NCBI GenBank assembly: GCA_963662335.2
Contig: CAXXVD010000005.1
Location: 32,001-96,000 of the forward strand
DNA from: Chloroflexota bacterium
GTDB lineage: Bacteria; Chloroflexota; UBA11872; VXOZ01
Reading direction: 5' to 3'
Length of the DNA: 64,000 bases
The stretch's first letter is position 1. Each line of letters opens with the position of its first letter. Below the pieces are notes generated by a model. The model was not told the DNA's origin. It saw only the letters and a list, made by a program, of their open reading frames with translations, and searched no databases. The translations under genes and the position numbers were made by a program. Positions 19,627 to 28,990 of this stretch are shown here, piece after piece.

Positions 19627-21060
19627 TTAGCTCTTATTGGCGTAGTACTCGTCGATCATGGCCTGCATGATCTTGCCGGCGCTCTGCATGGCGTCTGCGA
19701 CGGTCATTTCCTGCTTCCACGCCATGTTTACGTGGTCCAGGTAGACCCGGCGAATGTCAACGTAGTTGGGGTAGATTTGCGTCATGAAGCCATTGCCCTC
19801 GCCAATCGGCTCCGTGATTGGGGTCAACTCGCGCGGCGGACGCGCCTTCTGTTCCGCCAGGCGCGGGTCGTCCCACGCCGATTTCACCACGGGCATGCCG
19901 TAGTTCAGCAACGTGGTGACGCCGACCTGCACCTCGAGATCGGTGCTGACGAACTTTATCAGTTCCCACGTAGCGTCGGGATACTTGGCGCCGGACCACA
20001 TGTACTGCACCGGCGTGTAGCTGCCCACCGCGTCCGAGTGCTCGCTTGCTACGCTGTGAGCCGGGAAGCGCCGCGCCTTGACCGGCAATTCCTCGACGCC
20101 CGGCACGTTCCAGCCGGATTCAGTGTTGAACCACGTGTGGAATACCGCGGCGCGCTGGTGCACGAACGGCGAATCACGGCGTTGTTCCGCCGGCAGGGTG
20201 TCATTGAGCGCCACCACGTCTTCCCGGGTCGGCTTCACGCGGTACTTGAACTCGAGGTCATACAGGAACTGGATGACGTCGATGAACTCCGGTTCGTGCA
20301 GCCGGAAGCGGGAATAGTCGTCGGAGACGAAGTTCGTGCCGTTCTGGATGAGCATCGTCGGCACTTCGGTGGTGGAGTCGTTGCGGCTGTAGAAGCCCCA
20401 GATGGGATTCTGATCGGCGCTGGAGCGTTGCGTAATCTCACGCGCCGTCTCGAGCAATTCGCCGCCGTCACTGGGATTCCATGACTTTGGCGGTTCGTTG
20501 ATGCCGAACTTATCGAGAAGGGCCGTGTTGTAGATTTGGATAGTGGCCAGCACGCCGTAGGGGAACGTCCACAGCTTGCCTTCCGGGTCCTGCAGCCAAT
20601 CGATGCCCACCACGTCGGCGAGCGCGGCTCCATCGCGCTGGACAAAGGGCGTCAGGTCGGCGATATAGCCGGCGTCCCGGTACTGAGGATAGCGGGTGGG
20701 TTCCGGGCCGAGGATGTCCGGCGCCGAACCGGCGGCGAGTTCGGTGACCTGCTTATCCATGAGCGCCCGATACGCCATGGACTGCCAGTTGACCGTGATG
20801 TTGGGATGCAGTTCCGCGAACGGGCCGAGCACGAGATCTTCGAAAGCGCCGGCGTTCTCCGCGATGTTCACGACCCAGTTGACGTTGACGGTCGCCTCTT
20901 CCATCTTGGGCGCGTCATCGGACGTGGGCGCATCGTCGGCTGCCGGCGCGGCCGCCGGCGCCTGGGCCACGCCGCAGGCGGCAAACACGGCTACGGTTCC
21001 CGCGCCCGCCGTCGCCGCCAAGAGGCCGCGGCGCGTGATGCTTGTTCGTTGTCCGCTCAT
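19627..21060 (-). CDS. Extracellular solute-binding protein (family 1, carbohydrate-type), Tat lipoprotein
   Basis: SITRRGLL twin-arginine motif, FAAC lipobox, Ala/Pro linker, AAGSAPDI, YNTALLDKFGI.EP. Start moved to ATG 21060. Confidence 0.9.
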   Translation of the reverse strand: MSGQRTSITRRGLLAATAGAGTVAVFAACGVAQAPAAAPAADDAPTSDDAPKMEEATVNVNWVVNIAENAGAFEDLVLGPFAELHPNITVNWQSMAYRALMDKQVTELAAGSAPDILGPEPTRYPQYRDAGYIADLTPFVQRDGAALADVVGIDWLQDPEGKLWTFPYGVLATIQIYNTALLDKFGINEPPKSWNPSDGGELLETAREITQRSSADQNPIWGFYSRNDSTTEVPTMLIQNGTNFVSDDYSRFRLHEPEFIDVIQFLYDLEFKYRVKPTREDVVALNDTLPAEQRRDSPFVHQRAAVFHTWFNTESGWNVPGVEELPVKARRFPAHSVASEHSDAVGSYTPVQYMWSGAKYPDATWELIKFVSTDLEVQVGVTTLLNYGMPVVKSAWDDPRLAEQKARPPRELTPITEPIGEGNGFMTQIYPNYVDIRRVYLDHVNMAWKQEMTVADAMQSAGKIMQAMIDEYYANKS

Positions 21061-21262
21061 CTTTCGTTTCCTCCAGATGTGGCACCAACACAAAACTGGC
21101 GTCCGCACACCGGGTCACCCGCATGCTGCGGACGCTATCCACCGCTCGACCACTCCTGCCTCCTTTCCGGCCAGCATACACTGGGCTTGGTATCCGCTAA
21201 ACTTCGCTGTGTCAATTCTAGAGCAAGGGGCGACTGTTGACAATTGCCCCCTGCCGACACCG

Positions 21263-22696
21263 CTACTCCTTATCGGCCCAATACGCGTCAATCACCGCCT
21301 GCGTGTGTTTGCTGGCGTTCTGCATGGCTTCCTCTACGGTGAGCTCCTGCTGCCACACCAGTGCCTTCTGCTCGTTGAAGAATCCCAGATGCTCCCGCCA
21401 GCCGGGGAAGATCTGGGTGATGAAGCCGCGGCCTTCCCGCAGCGGCGTGGCAATGGCGCTAATCTCGCGCGGCGGACGGGACTTGGTCGCCACCAGGCGG
21501 GGATCGTCCCACGCGTTTGCGTTCGCCGACAGGCCGTAGTTGAGCAGCGTGGTCACCGCCACACCGAACTCGATGTCCGACATGGCGAACTTCATGAACT
21601 CCCAGACGGCGTCCGGGTGCTTCGCGCCGGACCACATGTATTGCACCGCGGTCCAACCGGCAACCTTGCCGGCATTTGGCCCGCCCTTGCTGCTCTCCAG
21701 CATGGGAACGGCCTTCATGGGCAGGTTTTCCACGTCCGGGTGCGTCCAGCCGCTCTCGGCGTTGAACCACGTGTTGTTCATGGCCGCGCGCCCGTGCACG
21801 AAGAGCGCGTCGCGGTGCCGGCCCTCGCCCAGGGTCTCTCGGAACGCAGCCTTGGCTTCAGCGGTCGGGGCCACGCGGTACTTGAATTCAAGGTCGTACA
21901 TGAACTGTATGGCCTCGATGAACTCGGGCTCGTGCATGGTTGCCCGCCTCAGGTCATCGGAGAGGAAGTTGCCGCCGTTCTGCACGACGTAGGTGCTCAA
22001 CTCGGTTGTGTAGTCGGCGCCGGTGTAAATGCCCCAAATCGGGTCCGGTTCGCTGCTGGCCCTGCTCGTAATCTCCCGCGCGACGTCAATGTACTCGCCG
22101 CCGTCGCTGGCATTCCAGTGCCGGGGCGGCTCGCTGATCCCGTACTTGTCGAAGATGGACGTATTGTAGATGTGGATGGTGCCGAGCGCCGTGTAGGGCA
22201 TGGACCAGAAGCGCCCCTGCGGGTCGACGATCCAATCGAGCGCCACGGTGTCGCCGAGTTGACTCTGGTCGCGCTTGTAGAGGTCGGTGACTTCGCGCAC
22301 AAAGCCCTTGTCCGTCCACTCGATCCAGCGCGTGGGATCGGGAGTGAGGATGTCAATGGCCTCGTTGGCGGCCAGTTCGGCCAGCATCTTGTCATAATGC
22401 GCCCGGTACGGCGAGCCCTCATACGTGAGGTCGATGTCGGGGTGCATCTCCCGAAACCGGTTGATCACGCCGTCCTCGAACGCTTGCGCGTTCTCCGCGA
22501 CGTTCACGATCCAACGTATGTTGACGGTTGCCGGCTCCGCCTTAGGAGCGTCTTCAGACTGCGGCGCGTCATCGGCTACCGGCGCATCGGTCGGCGCCTG
22601 GGCCACGCCGCAGGCGGCCAGCAGGGCGGCCCCACCGAAACCTGCCGCGCCGGCGAGAAACCGCCGTCTGCTCAAACTGCTGAATGCGCTACGCAT
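21263..22696 (-). CDS. Extracellular solute-binding protein (family 1), Tat lipoprotein; tandem paralog of the 19627-21060 gene
   Basis: LSRRRFL, LLAAC lipobox; shares long segments with the neighbour (EATVN.RW.VN.AENA.AFED, FMYDLEFKY, QYMWSGAK). Confidence 0.9.
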   Translation of the reverse strand: MRSAFSSLSRRRFLAGAAGFGGAALLAACGVAQAPTDAPVADDAPQSEDAPKAEPATVNIRWIVNVAENAQAFEDGVINRFREMHPDIDLTYEGSPYRAHYDKMLAELAANEAIDILTPDPTRWIEWTDKGFVREVTDLYKRDQSQLGDTVALDWIVDPQGRFWSMPYTALGTIHIYNTSIFDKYGISEPPRHWNASDGGEYIDVAREITSRASSEPDPIWGIYTGADYTTELSTYVVQNGGNFLSDDLRRATMHEPEFIEAIQFMYDLEFKYRVAPTAEAKAAFRETLGEGRHRDALFVHGRAAMNNTWFNAESGWTHPDVENLPMKAVPMLESSKGGPNAGKVAGWTAVQYMWSGAKHPDAVWEFMKFAMSDIEFGVAVTTLLNYGLSANANAWDDPRLVATKSRPPREISAIATPLREGRGFITQIFPGWREHLGFFNEQKALVWQQELTVEEAMQNASKHTQAVIDAYWADKE

Positions 22697-22792
22697 ATCG
22701 GTCCTCCTGATGCGTTTGCTTGGCGTACACTATCTTACGCCCCCGCCCCCAAAGCGATTGCCGGCATGGCCTCCTTTCTCTCCTACGCCTGG

Positions 22793-23617
22793 CTAAGCGG
22801 GCGAGAGAGCAGTTCTGAACTCTTCCCCGGTGGCGGTAAGCGCGCCGCCGATTTCCAGCCAATGAATGAAGGCTTTGGTCATCAGGTTCTCTTCGGTTGA
22901 CCATGCCGTTTCCGAGGCGGCGGTGCAGTCCCGCAGCACAATGGCGCGATAGCGGTTGCGGGTCTGCAAGATGCCGCCGGGCTTCATGAGCAGGCAGAAG
23001 TTCAACAGGAAACCAACGTAGACGAGATTGAGAATCTTGCGCTCTGCGAGGAAACGCTCGATTTGGTGAGGCTGAGAGAAGAGAAAGTCGCGGGGGTCGG
23101 GTTTGACGCAGTCGGCAAAGTCGTAGTTGTCCCGGATCTTTTGCCACGGTTCTGCGTACCCCTCGCCAAAGACGGTGCGGTAGTACTCGGCCAGTAATTC
23201 CCGGCGGAATTCCGGCGGCGGCCAATCGGGGGTGTCGTCGTCGGACTTTGCCGACGGTTCCGGCGGCGCATACCCGGGATAGCGCGCGAGAATCTGGGGC
23301 GGCTCGTTGTGAACGACCGGCACCCCGGCGTCGCGCGCCGCTTGGAGCACGGGCACAATCTCTTCTTCCATGATTCTGCCCGCGCGCTTGGCCACGCCGT
23401 GCCCGCCCATGTAGTTGTACTCCCAGTACTTCTCCACACCGGGAATCACCGGCTCGCCGTCAGCGCCGAGATTCCACATGTCGATGGCAATGACAGCCGT
23501 GTTCGCGGTGTCGAGTTCTACGGTTTTGTGCACGTGGCCGTAGTTGCGGTCGTCGTACGCCTGCCCGGGCAGCGGGTAGACGCGATACGAGCGCACCGGC
23601 ATGTGAAACGTGCTCAT
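22793..23617 (-). CDS. Isochorismatase-like cysteine hydrolase
   Basis: TAVIAIDMWN, AARDAGVPVVH, LVYVGFLLNFCL, IVLRDCT. Start moved to ATG 23617. Confidence 0.75.
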   Translation of the reverse strand: MSTFHMPVRSYRVYPLPGQAYDDRNYGHVHKTVELDTANTAVIAIDMWNLGADGEPVIPGVEKYWEYNYMGGHGVAKRAGRIMEEEIVPVLQAARDAGVPVVHNEPPQILARYPGYAPPEPSAKSDDDTPDWPPPEFRRELLAEYYRTVFGEGYAEPWQKIRDNYDFADCVKPDPRDFLFSQPHQIERFLAERKILNLVYVGFLLNFCLLMKPGGILQTRNRYRAIVLRDCTAASETAWSTEENLMTKAFIHWLEIGGALTATGEEFRTALSPA

Positions 23618-23649
23618 CGAACCGCGTGTCCGCCCATTGCTCAACATCC

Positions 23650-24951
23650 CTAATAGGGCCGATTGAACGGCACCGTTGCCGCCGCCACTTCCTCGGTCAC
23701 GCGACCGGGACCGGCGTCCCGCGCTCGCCGCAACTCCAGCAGCGTATCCTCCACCGCTTCCAGCGTCTCCGCCACGTCTTCGTCGCTGTGGGCGTAGAGC
23801 ACGTTGTTCCAACTGCCCTTGAGCATTACGCCGCGCTTGGCGAGGCCGGTATAGAAGAACGTGCCGGCGTCGGCAGGCAGCGGCTCGCCACCGCCAATGA
23901 AGCGGATGCCGAACAACGCCGGCGGCCCAAAGGACGCCATGGGGATGCCCACCCGCTGCGAGACCTGTTCCACACCGTCCATGACGGCTTGCGAAATGCG
24001 GTTGATGTGCCCGGCCACGTCCTCGTCGCGGCAGATGCGGAGCGTGGCGATGCCCGCCGCCAGGGAGAGCGTCTCCCCGCCAAACGTGAGACTGATCAAA
24101 CAGTCGGCGGTCTTCTCCATGATGTCGCGCCGGCCGGCCACCGCACCCAGCGACATGCCGTTGGCCATGCCCTTGGCGTAGGTGGCGATGTCCGGCTCCA
24201 CGCCGTAGTACTCCTGCGCGCCGCCCCGGGCAAAGCGGTAGCCGGTCATGCACTCGTCGTAGATGACGAGCGCGCCGTTGCGGTGCGCCAGATCCTTTAG
24301 GTCACTGAGAAAACCAGGCTCAGGCTCCTTGAGCGGTTCCGCGCAATCGAACGACACGGCGGCCACCTTGCCGTCGTTGAGCGCGAAGAGTTCCTCCAGG
24401 TGGTTGAGGTCGTTGAAGCGGAACTGTTGATTCAAATGATGGAACGCGGCCGGCATGCCGCCGTCGTTGCGCCAGTAGTTCCACTCGTCCGCCCAGCCGC
24501 GGTAGCCGTTGTTGAGGATGATTTCGCGCTTGGTGTACGCGCGCGCGATGCGGGTGGCGCACAGGTTGACGTCCACCCCGCCTTTCAAGAAACGCACCAT
24601 TTCGGCGCACGGCACGGTCTCGATCACCAGTTTGGCGCACTCGATCTCCGGCTCGGAGGGCGTGCTGAAGAGCATGCCGCTTTGCAGTTGCTCCGCCACC
24701 GCCCGGTCGACGTCCGGGTGACAGTACCCCAGCAAGACGCCGCCGGAAGCGCCGTAGTAGTCGATGTAACTGTTGCCGTTCACGTCCCACAACCGGGAGC
24801 CCCGCCCATGGGACATGAAGATGGGCATGGCGCCATAGGACGCGGGATTGGGCCGCTTGCCCTTGGTCTGCGAGCCGCCGGGCATGAGGCGCACGGCCTC
24901 TTCATAGAGTGCAACGGAACGGGAAACGTCGAGCTTGGTGGCGCTGGCCAT
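23650..24951 (-). CDS. Class III PLP-dependent aminotransferase (glutamate-1-semialdehyde aminomutase-like)
   Basis: GSRLWDVNGNSYIDY, LVIYDECMTGYR, DIATYAKGMANG (PLP lysine), TFGGE. Confidence 0.92.
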   Translation of the reverse strand: MASATKLDVSRSVALYEEAVRLMPGGSQTKGKRPNPASYGAMPIFMSHGRGSRLWDVNGNSYIDYYGASGGVLLGYCHPDVDRAVAEQLQSGMLFSTPSEPEIECAKLVIETVPCAEMVRFLKGGVDVNLCATRIARAYTKREIILNNGYRGWADEWNYWRNDGGMPAAFHHLNQQFRFNDLNHLEELFALNDGKVAAVSFDCAEPLKEPEPGFLSDLKDLAHRNGALVIYDECMTGYRFARGGAQEYYGVEPDIATYAKGMANGMSLGAVAGRRDIMEKTADCLISLTFGGETLSLAAGIATLRICRDEDVAGHINRISQAVMDGVEQVSQRVGIPMASFGPPALFGIRFIGGGEPLPADAGTFFYTGLAKRGVMLKGSWNNVLYAHSDEDVAETLEAVEDTLLELRRARDAGPGRVTEEVAAATVPFNRPY

Positions 24952-24963
24952 GGGGCACGTCCT

Positions 24964-25794
24964 TTACAGTGCGAACAGTCGTTGCGCGTTGGCGGAGATA
25001 ATGAGTTGCTTTTCTTGATCGCTGATCTCGGCGTGCTCAATGCTGAGCTTGGCGGATTCGGGATAGAAGATCGGACAGTTCGTGCCCAGAAGCAGGTGGT
25101 CGGCGCCGACTTGCGCGCAGAGTTGCTCGATGTCGTCCACCGGCCCCTGCACGCGGGAAACGTCGAAGTAGAGGTTGTCGTTCTTGTACGCCCGCCGCCA
25201 GATGTCCGCGATGTGCGCGAAGCGCCCGGTGCACACGAGAAAGCGCACGCCGGGAAAGGTGCAGATGGCTTCCACGGCGTCAGTAGTGGTAACCGGCGGC
25301 ACCTTGACGTGCCAGTGATGCCAGCGCGAGTCCTCCAGCGCCAGCGTGAGGAGCACCACGAGGTCTTCGGCTTTGGCGCGTTCGAGCAGCGCCAGCGCGT
25401 TGCTCGTGAGCATGTGGTACTGAGCATACGCTTCCAAGCTGGCGTCCATGACGCGGGTGGTGTGGGGTTCCAGCAGCGTGAATTGATGGTAGTTGGGATG
25501 AATGCGCAGGTTGCTCATGCCGAATTCCTCTACACAGCGCGTAAAGTCCTGCTCCCAACACGGCATGGCCGAATTGATGGTATAGGCCGGCACAAACCGG
25601 TCTGGGCGCCCCTGCACGATGCGATGCAACTCGCGGTTGCCCACCATCACGTCTTTGTAGAAGACGTTCTCCAGGCGCGAGACCACCGCCTTCTCGATGC
25701 CGAGCGCGTCCATCTTGCGCAGCAGCGCGTCCGGCGTCGCGTGATTGAGGCGGCGGAAGGGCCATTCGCCGACGTAGGCGTTCGCGTCGATCAT
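24964..25794 (-). CDS. Amidohydrolase_2-like TIM-barrel protein with a degenerate metal motif
   Basis: MIDANAYVGEWPFR, MDALGIEKAVV, RIHPNYH, LYFDVS, LLLGT, ISANAQRLF. ATG 25794 overlaps the upstream stop. Confidence 0.82.
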   Translation of the reverse strand: MIDANAYVGEWPFRRLNHATPDALLRKMDALGIEKAVVSRLENVFYKDVMVGNRELHRIVQGRPDRFVPAYTINSAMPCWEQDFTRCVEEFGMSNLRIHPNYHQFTLLEPHTTRVMDASLEAYAQYHMLTSNALALLERAKAEDLVVLLTLALEDSRWHHWHVKVPPVTTTDAVEAICTFPGVRFLVCTGRFAHIADIWRRAYKNDNLYFDVSRVQGPVDDIEQLCAQVGADHLLLGTNCPIFYPESAKLSIEHAEISDQEKQLIISANAQRLFAL

Positions 25795-26594
25795 GGCGCA
25801 GCCACCTCCCGGCGCCGGTCGAATTGGCTCCACCCGACCGTCTGCCGCGTGAAGATGCCGAGAGCGTTGCGCCAGAGTATCTTCTCTTTTTCTTCATCGG
25901 AGATTGCCGCGCCGTAGACCTTCGCCAGTTGGGACATGAACGAGCGCGGCGCGTTGAGGTCGCTGCCGTAGACCACGCGGTCGGCCCCGGCGTGTTCCAC
26001 CAGGGTCTCGGTATAGCCGTTGGTGGCATCGCCGCCGCCGATGTCCATGTAGAGGTTCGGCACGCCCTGGGCCGCCTTGGCGCCGTATTCCATGTCGCTG
26101 CCGGAGTGGCCGAAGAAGAAGCTGACATCGGGATGCCGCAGCCCGGCCTCGCGCATTTCGAAGGGATTGGTCTCGCCGGGCATGTTGCCGGTCACCGCCA
26201 TGTAAGTGTGCTGGAGCACCGGCAGTTTGTGTTCGGCCAGAAGGGCATAGATGCCTTCCAGGCGCGGGTCGTTGGCTTTCACGCCGGTCCAAAGCTTCGC
26301 GCCCTGATGGCCGTCCCAGGCCTGCACGCGCCGCAGCAGTTCGGCCTGCATCGCTTCCGGGTGGTAGGGGTTGAGATACCACATGGGTATCACGCAGTCG
26401 GTGTTTTCGGAAGCTACCTTAAAGGTAAGGTCGTTGCAGGCGGCGACGTATTCGGGGGTAGGCAGCGTAGGCGGGTAGTTGTTGTTGGAGTTGAGGACGT
26501 TGATGCAGAGGATGACGCCCAGCCGCCGCGCCTTGCGCAACGAGACCGTAATCTCGTGGTCGTTCTTGACGTGGGAATGAACGTCGATGATCAC
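25791..26594 (-). CDS. Amidohydrolase family protein (amidohydro_2)
   Basis: IIDVHSH, PVLQH, FFGHSG, LYMDIGG, RVVYGSD, KILWRNA. GTG 26594 follows GGAGG. Confidence 0.9.
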   Translation of the reverse strand: MIIDVHSHVKNDHEITVSLRKARRLGVILCINVLNSNNNYPPTLPTPEYVAACNDLTFKVASENTDCVIPMWYLNPYHPEAMQAELLRRVQAWDGHQGAKLWTGVKANDPRLEGIYALLAEHKLPVLQHTYMAVTGNMPGETNPFEMREAGLRHPDVSFFFGHSGSDMEYGAKAAQGVPNLYMDIGGGDATNGYTETLVEHAGADRVVYGSDLNAPRSFMSQLAKVYGAAISDEEKEKILWRNALGIFTRQTVGWSQFDRRREVAAP

Positions 26595-26685
26595 CCGCGC
26601 ATCCTCCCCCGACCGGACCACCCACACAAGCATCACGCGGTTAGTTTATGCATTCCTCGCGCACACTGTCAAATCTTCTACGCTG

Positions 26686-27708
26686 CTACCTGCCCAGTAC
26701 CGCGAGCGCCGCCTCGATACCGGCTATTGCATTGCGCTCCGCCTTCAGCGCGTGCCCGATGAGCGTGCCCGCCTGTGCTCTTTCCACTGCCAGCCACGAC
26801 TCTCTGGCGCAGGCCGCATCACAGAGGTCGTGCAGGGGATTCAGCGACTCCATTTCCTGGTCGTAATGGTCTGCCGCCGCTTCGAGTTGCTCGTTCGCTT
26901 CCGGCAAGATCGTGCCTATTTCGCGCAGGTAGGCCGCGACGGCAACCCGCCGGTACATGAGCATCTCAAGGTGGTGGTGCGAACCATTGACCGGCACGTC
27001 CGCCGACGTGAAGGCCTGCTGCCAGACTTCGTAGGCTGCGAATCCGTGTGGAGTTGCCCGCCTATTGGCATTGCGTGCGTCGTCTTCCGCGTATCTCTTT
27101 GCGTGCGCGCAAGCAACCGCGTTCCGCAGCGCCGTCAGATGCGTTGCCCGCTCGTCCGCGGCGCTTGGCCGGTCATAGACCATAACCCAGATCGACTCTT
27201 CCGGTTCGGCGTGGCCGATTTCGTCGTACCGCACCTCGTAAGCGCCATCTACGAACGGGTGGCGGATCGTGTACGTCTCGTCCGCCTCGTCGTAGCCGAC
27301 AATCAGGCCCCAGCACACGCCATGGTGATGGCTCGCCGCAAGCTCCCGGCTCATTGGCGACCACGCCAGCGCGGGAACGCCGCGTTTCAGACCGGCCAGG
27401 ACAGCGTCTCTCACGTTCCGCTTCAGCGCAGCCAAGTCGGCGTCCGAATCTTGTTCGCTGGACATGAACGTGCGGAATTGCGCAATCTGCGGGAGCAAGT
27501 CCAAGGCCGGCCCCCAGTCAAGATGGTCGTGGTTGACGTGTTTGCCGCCCTCTTTCATGTCGAATTGGAAGGCGTGACCGAGTACGCCCTGCAAGCGCGC
27601 CATGGTCCACCCCGGCCGGCCGGCGGTTTGCAGCAACGGACAGAGACAGGATGCAAGAGTCGTGCCCTGGTGCGGCATCGCCGGGCTGACATCGACCATG
27701 AACTTCAT
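26686..27708 (-). CDS. Hypothetical protein (possible BtrH/C39-like papain-fold N-terminus and helical C-terminus)
   Basis: 340-aa ORF filling the gap, co-oriented with its neighbours. Contains LASCL, GVLGHAFQF and WGLIVGYDE motifs. Confidence 0.6.
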   Translation of the reverse strand: MKFMVDVSPAMPHQGTTLASCLCPLLQTAGRPGWTMARLQGVLGHAFQFDMKEGGKHVNHDHLDWGPALDLLPQIAQFRTFMSSEQDSDADLAALKRNVRDAVLAGLKRGVPALAWSPMSRELAASHHHGVCWGLIVGYDEADETYTIRHPFVDGAYEVRYDEIGHAEPEESIWVMVYDRPSAADERATHLTALRNAVACAHAKRYAEDDARNANRRATPHGFAAYEVWQQAFTSADVPVNGSHHHLEMLMYRRVAVAAYLREIGTILPEANEQLEAAADHYDQEMESLNPLHDLCDAACARESWLAVERAQAGTLIGHALKAERNAIAGIEAALAVLGR

Positions 27709-27848
27709 ACTTCATCCCTTGGCCAGCGTCGCAGCCGGCATAATGGACGATGTTCGCGCGCGGTTTCTCTCCGCCAGGTGAACGGCGAACATCCACATTG
27801 GAGAGTACTCCACAAAGCTGAAGAACGCGGCTGGAGCGGGCGCGCCGG

Positions 27849-28865
27849 CTATGGCGCGGTGCGCTCCGGCAGTACCGGCACGGCCGGCACCTGCTGCAGG
27901 GACCCGCTAAAGCCGGCTTCCGTGGCGCAGAGTGTCGCCTGCATGCTCTCAATCGCGTCCTGCGTGCTCACGATTGGGTCATGTCCCGCGCAGGCGGTGC
28001 GGACGAAGTTCGCGAAGATGTCTTGCTGTTCTGGCAGATCGGTGAATTCCTGCGCCTCGTCCCAGCGATAGAGCCACACCCTGCCGTCGTGCGTGATCTC
28101 CGCCTGCCCCTCGGTGCCCAGAATTTTGAGGCGGTTGTCCATGCGCCCCAGGCTGGGCGGCACCAGACGGTGGTGCTCCATCACCGCGCTCACGCCGCCG
28201 TCCATGCGGAAGAGCATCTGCCCGACGTTGTGGTAGTGCGCATCGTCCGGGCGGCCGATATTGGCTTCCGTGCCGATCACGCTCCGGTACTCCAGGCCGG
28301 TGATCCAGCGCACGATGTCGATGTCGTGGATGAGCAGGTCCAGCACCGGCCCGGCGGAGAGCCGCCGGTCGAAGAACCACTCCGGCCGCACGCCGCGCCG
28401 CTCGGTGGCCGCGATCAGCGCGTAGGCCAGCGCCACCTCGCCAATGCGACCGCTTTGCACTACATCGCGCACGGCGCGGTAGACCGGATTGCCCCGCCGG
28501 CTGAAGAGTTGCCCAACGTGAAGACCGGTATTCTGCTGGAGAATCCCGATGATGCGGTCAAGCTCCGCCTGGCTCGCCGCCATCGGCTTTTCCGAGAGTA
28601 CCGGATAGCCGGCCTCCAGCGCCGCGGCCACGGTCTCGCCCTGGTGGACCGGCAACTGAAAGCTGGCGATGACGTCGATGTCGTCCCGCGCTAGCAGCGC
28701 ATGGTAGTCGTCACAGAGAGCGGCCTGGTACTCTTCCGCCAGTGCCGCGGCCTGTTCGCCCGCATTGGCGACCGCCGCGAGCGAGATTTCAGGGTCGTTG
28801 TCCACGGCGCCGAATACGCGCTCAACGTGCTGCTCAAGTCCGATCAGTCCGATGCGGTATGGCAT
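27849..28865 (-). CDS. Gfo/Idh/MocA family oxidoreductase
   Basis: RIGLIG, VLSEKPMA, GPVLDLLIHDIDIVRW, ILGTEG. ATG 28865 follows GGAGG. Confidence 0.92.
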   Translation of the reverse strand: MPYRIGLIGLEQHVERVFGAVDNDPEISLAAVANAGEQAAALAEEYQAALCDDYHALLARDDIDVIASFQLPVHQGETVAAALEAGYPVLSEKPMAASQAELDRIIGILQQNTGLHVGQLFSRRGNPVYRAVRDVVQSGRIGEVALAYALIAATERRGVRPEWFFDRRLSAGPVLDLLIHDIDIVRWITGLEYRSVIGTEANIGRPDDAHYHNVGQMLFRMDGGVSAVMEHHRLVPPSLGRMDNRLKILGTEGQAEITHDGRVWLYRWDEAQEFTDLPEQQDIFANFVRTACAGHDPIVSTQDAIESMQATLCATEAGFSGSLQQVPAVPVLPERTAP

Positions 28866-28990
28866 AGCCGCCTCCTGCTTCTCGTTGTCCGCTGCCAAAT
28901 GGCGGCAGAAGAAACTTTACATAATCCAACCCTTGGCTAGCTTGCGTCGAACGAAAGAGGCACTGCCGTTGGTTCGGCTTGCCGCGCCGG

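Noticed and set aside
20696-22900. 734-aa plus-strand ORF
   Set aside because: Antisense to two clear solute-binding protein genes, with low-information composition.
23650-24951. hemL (and hemY for 59564-60967)
   Set aside because: No heme-pathway neighbours and divergent sequences; only the family-level call is supported.
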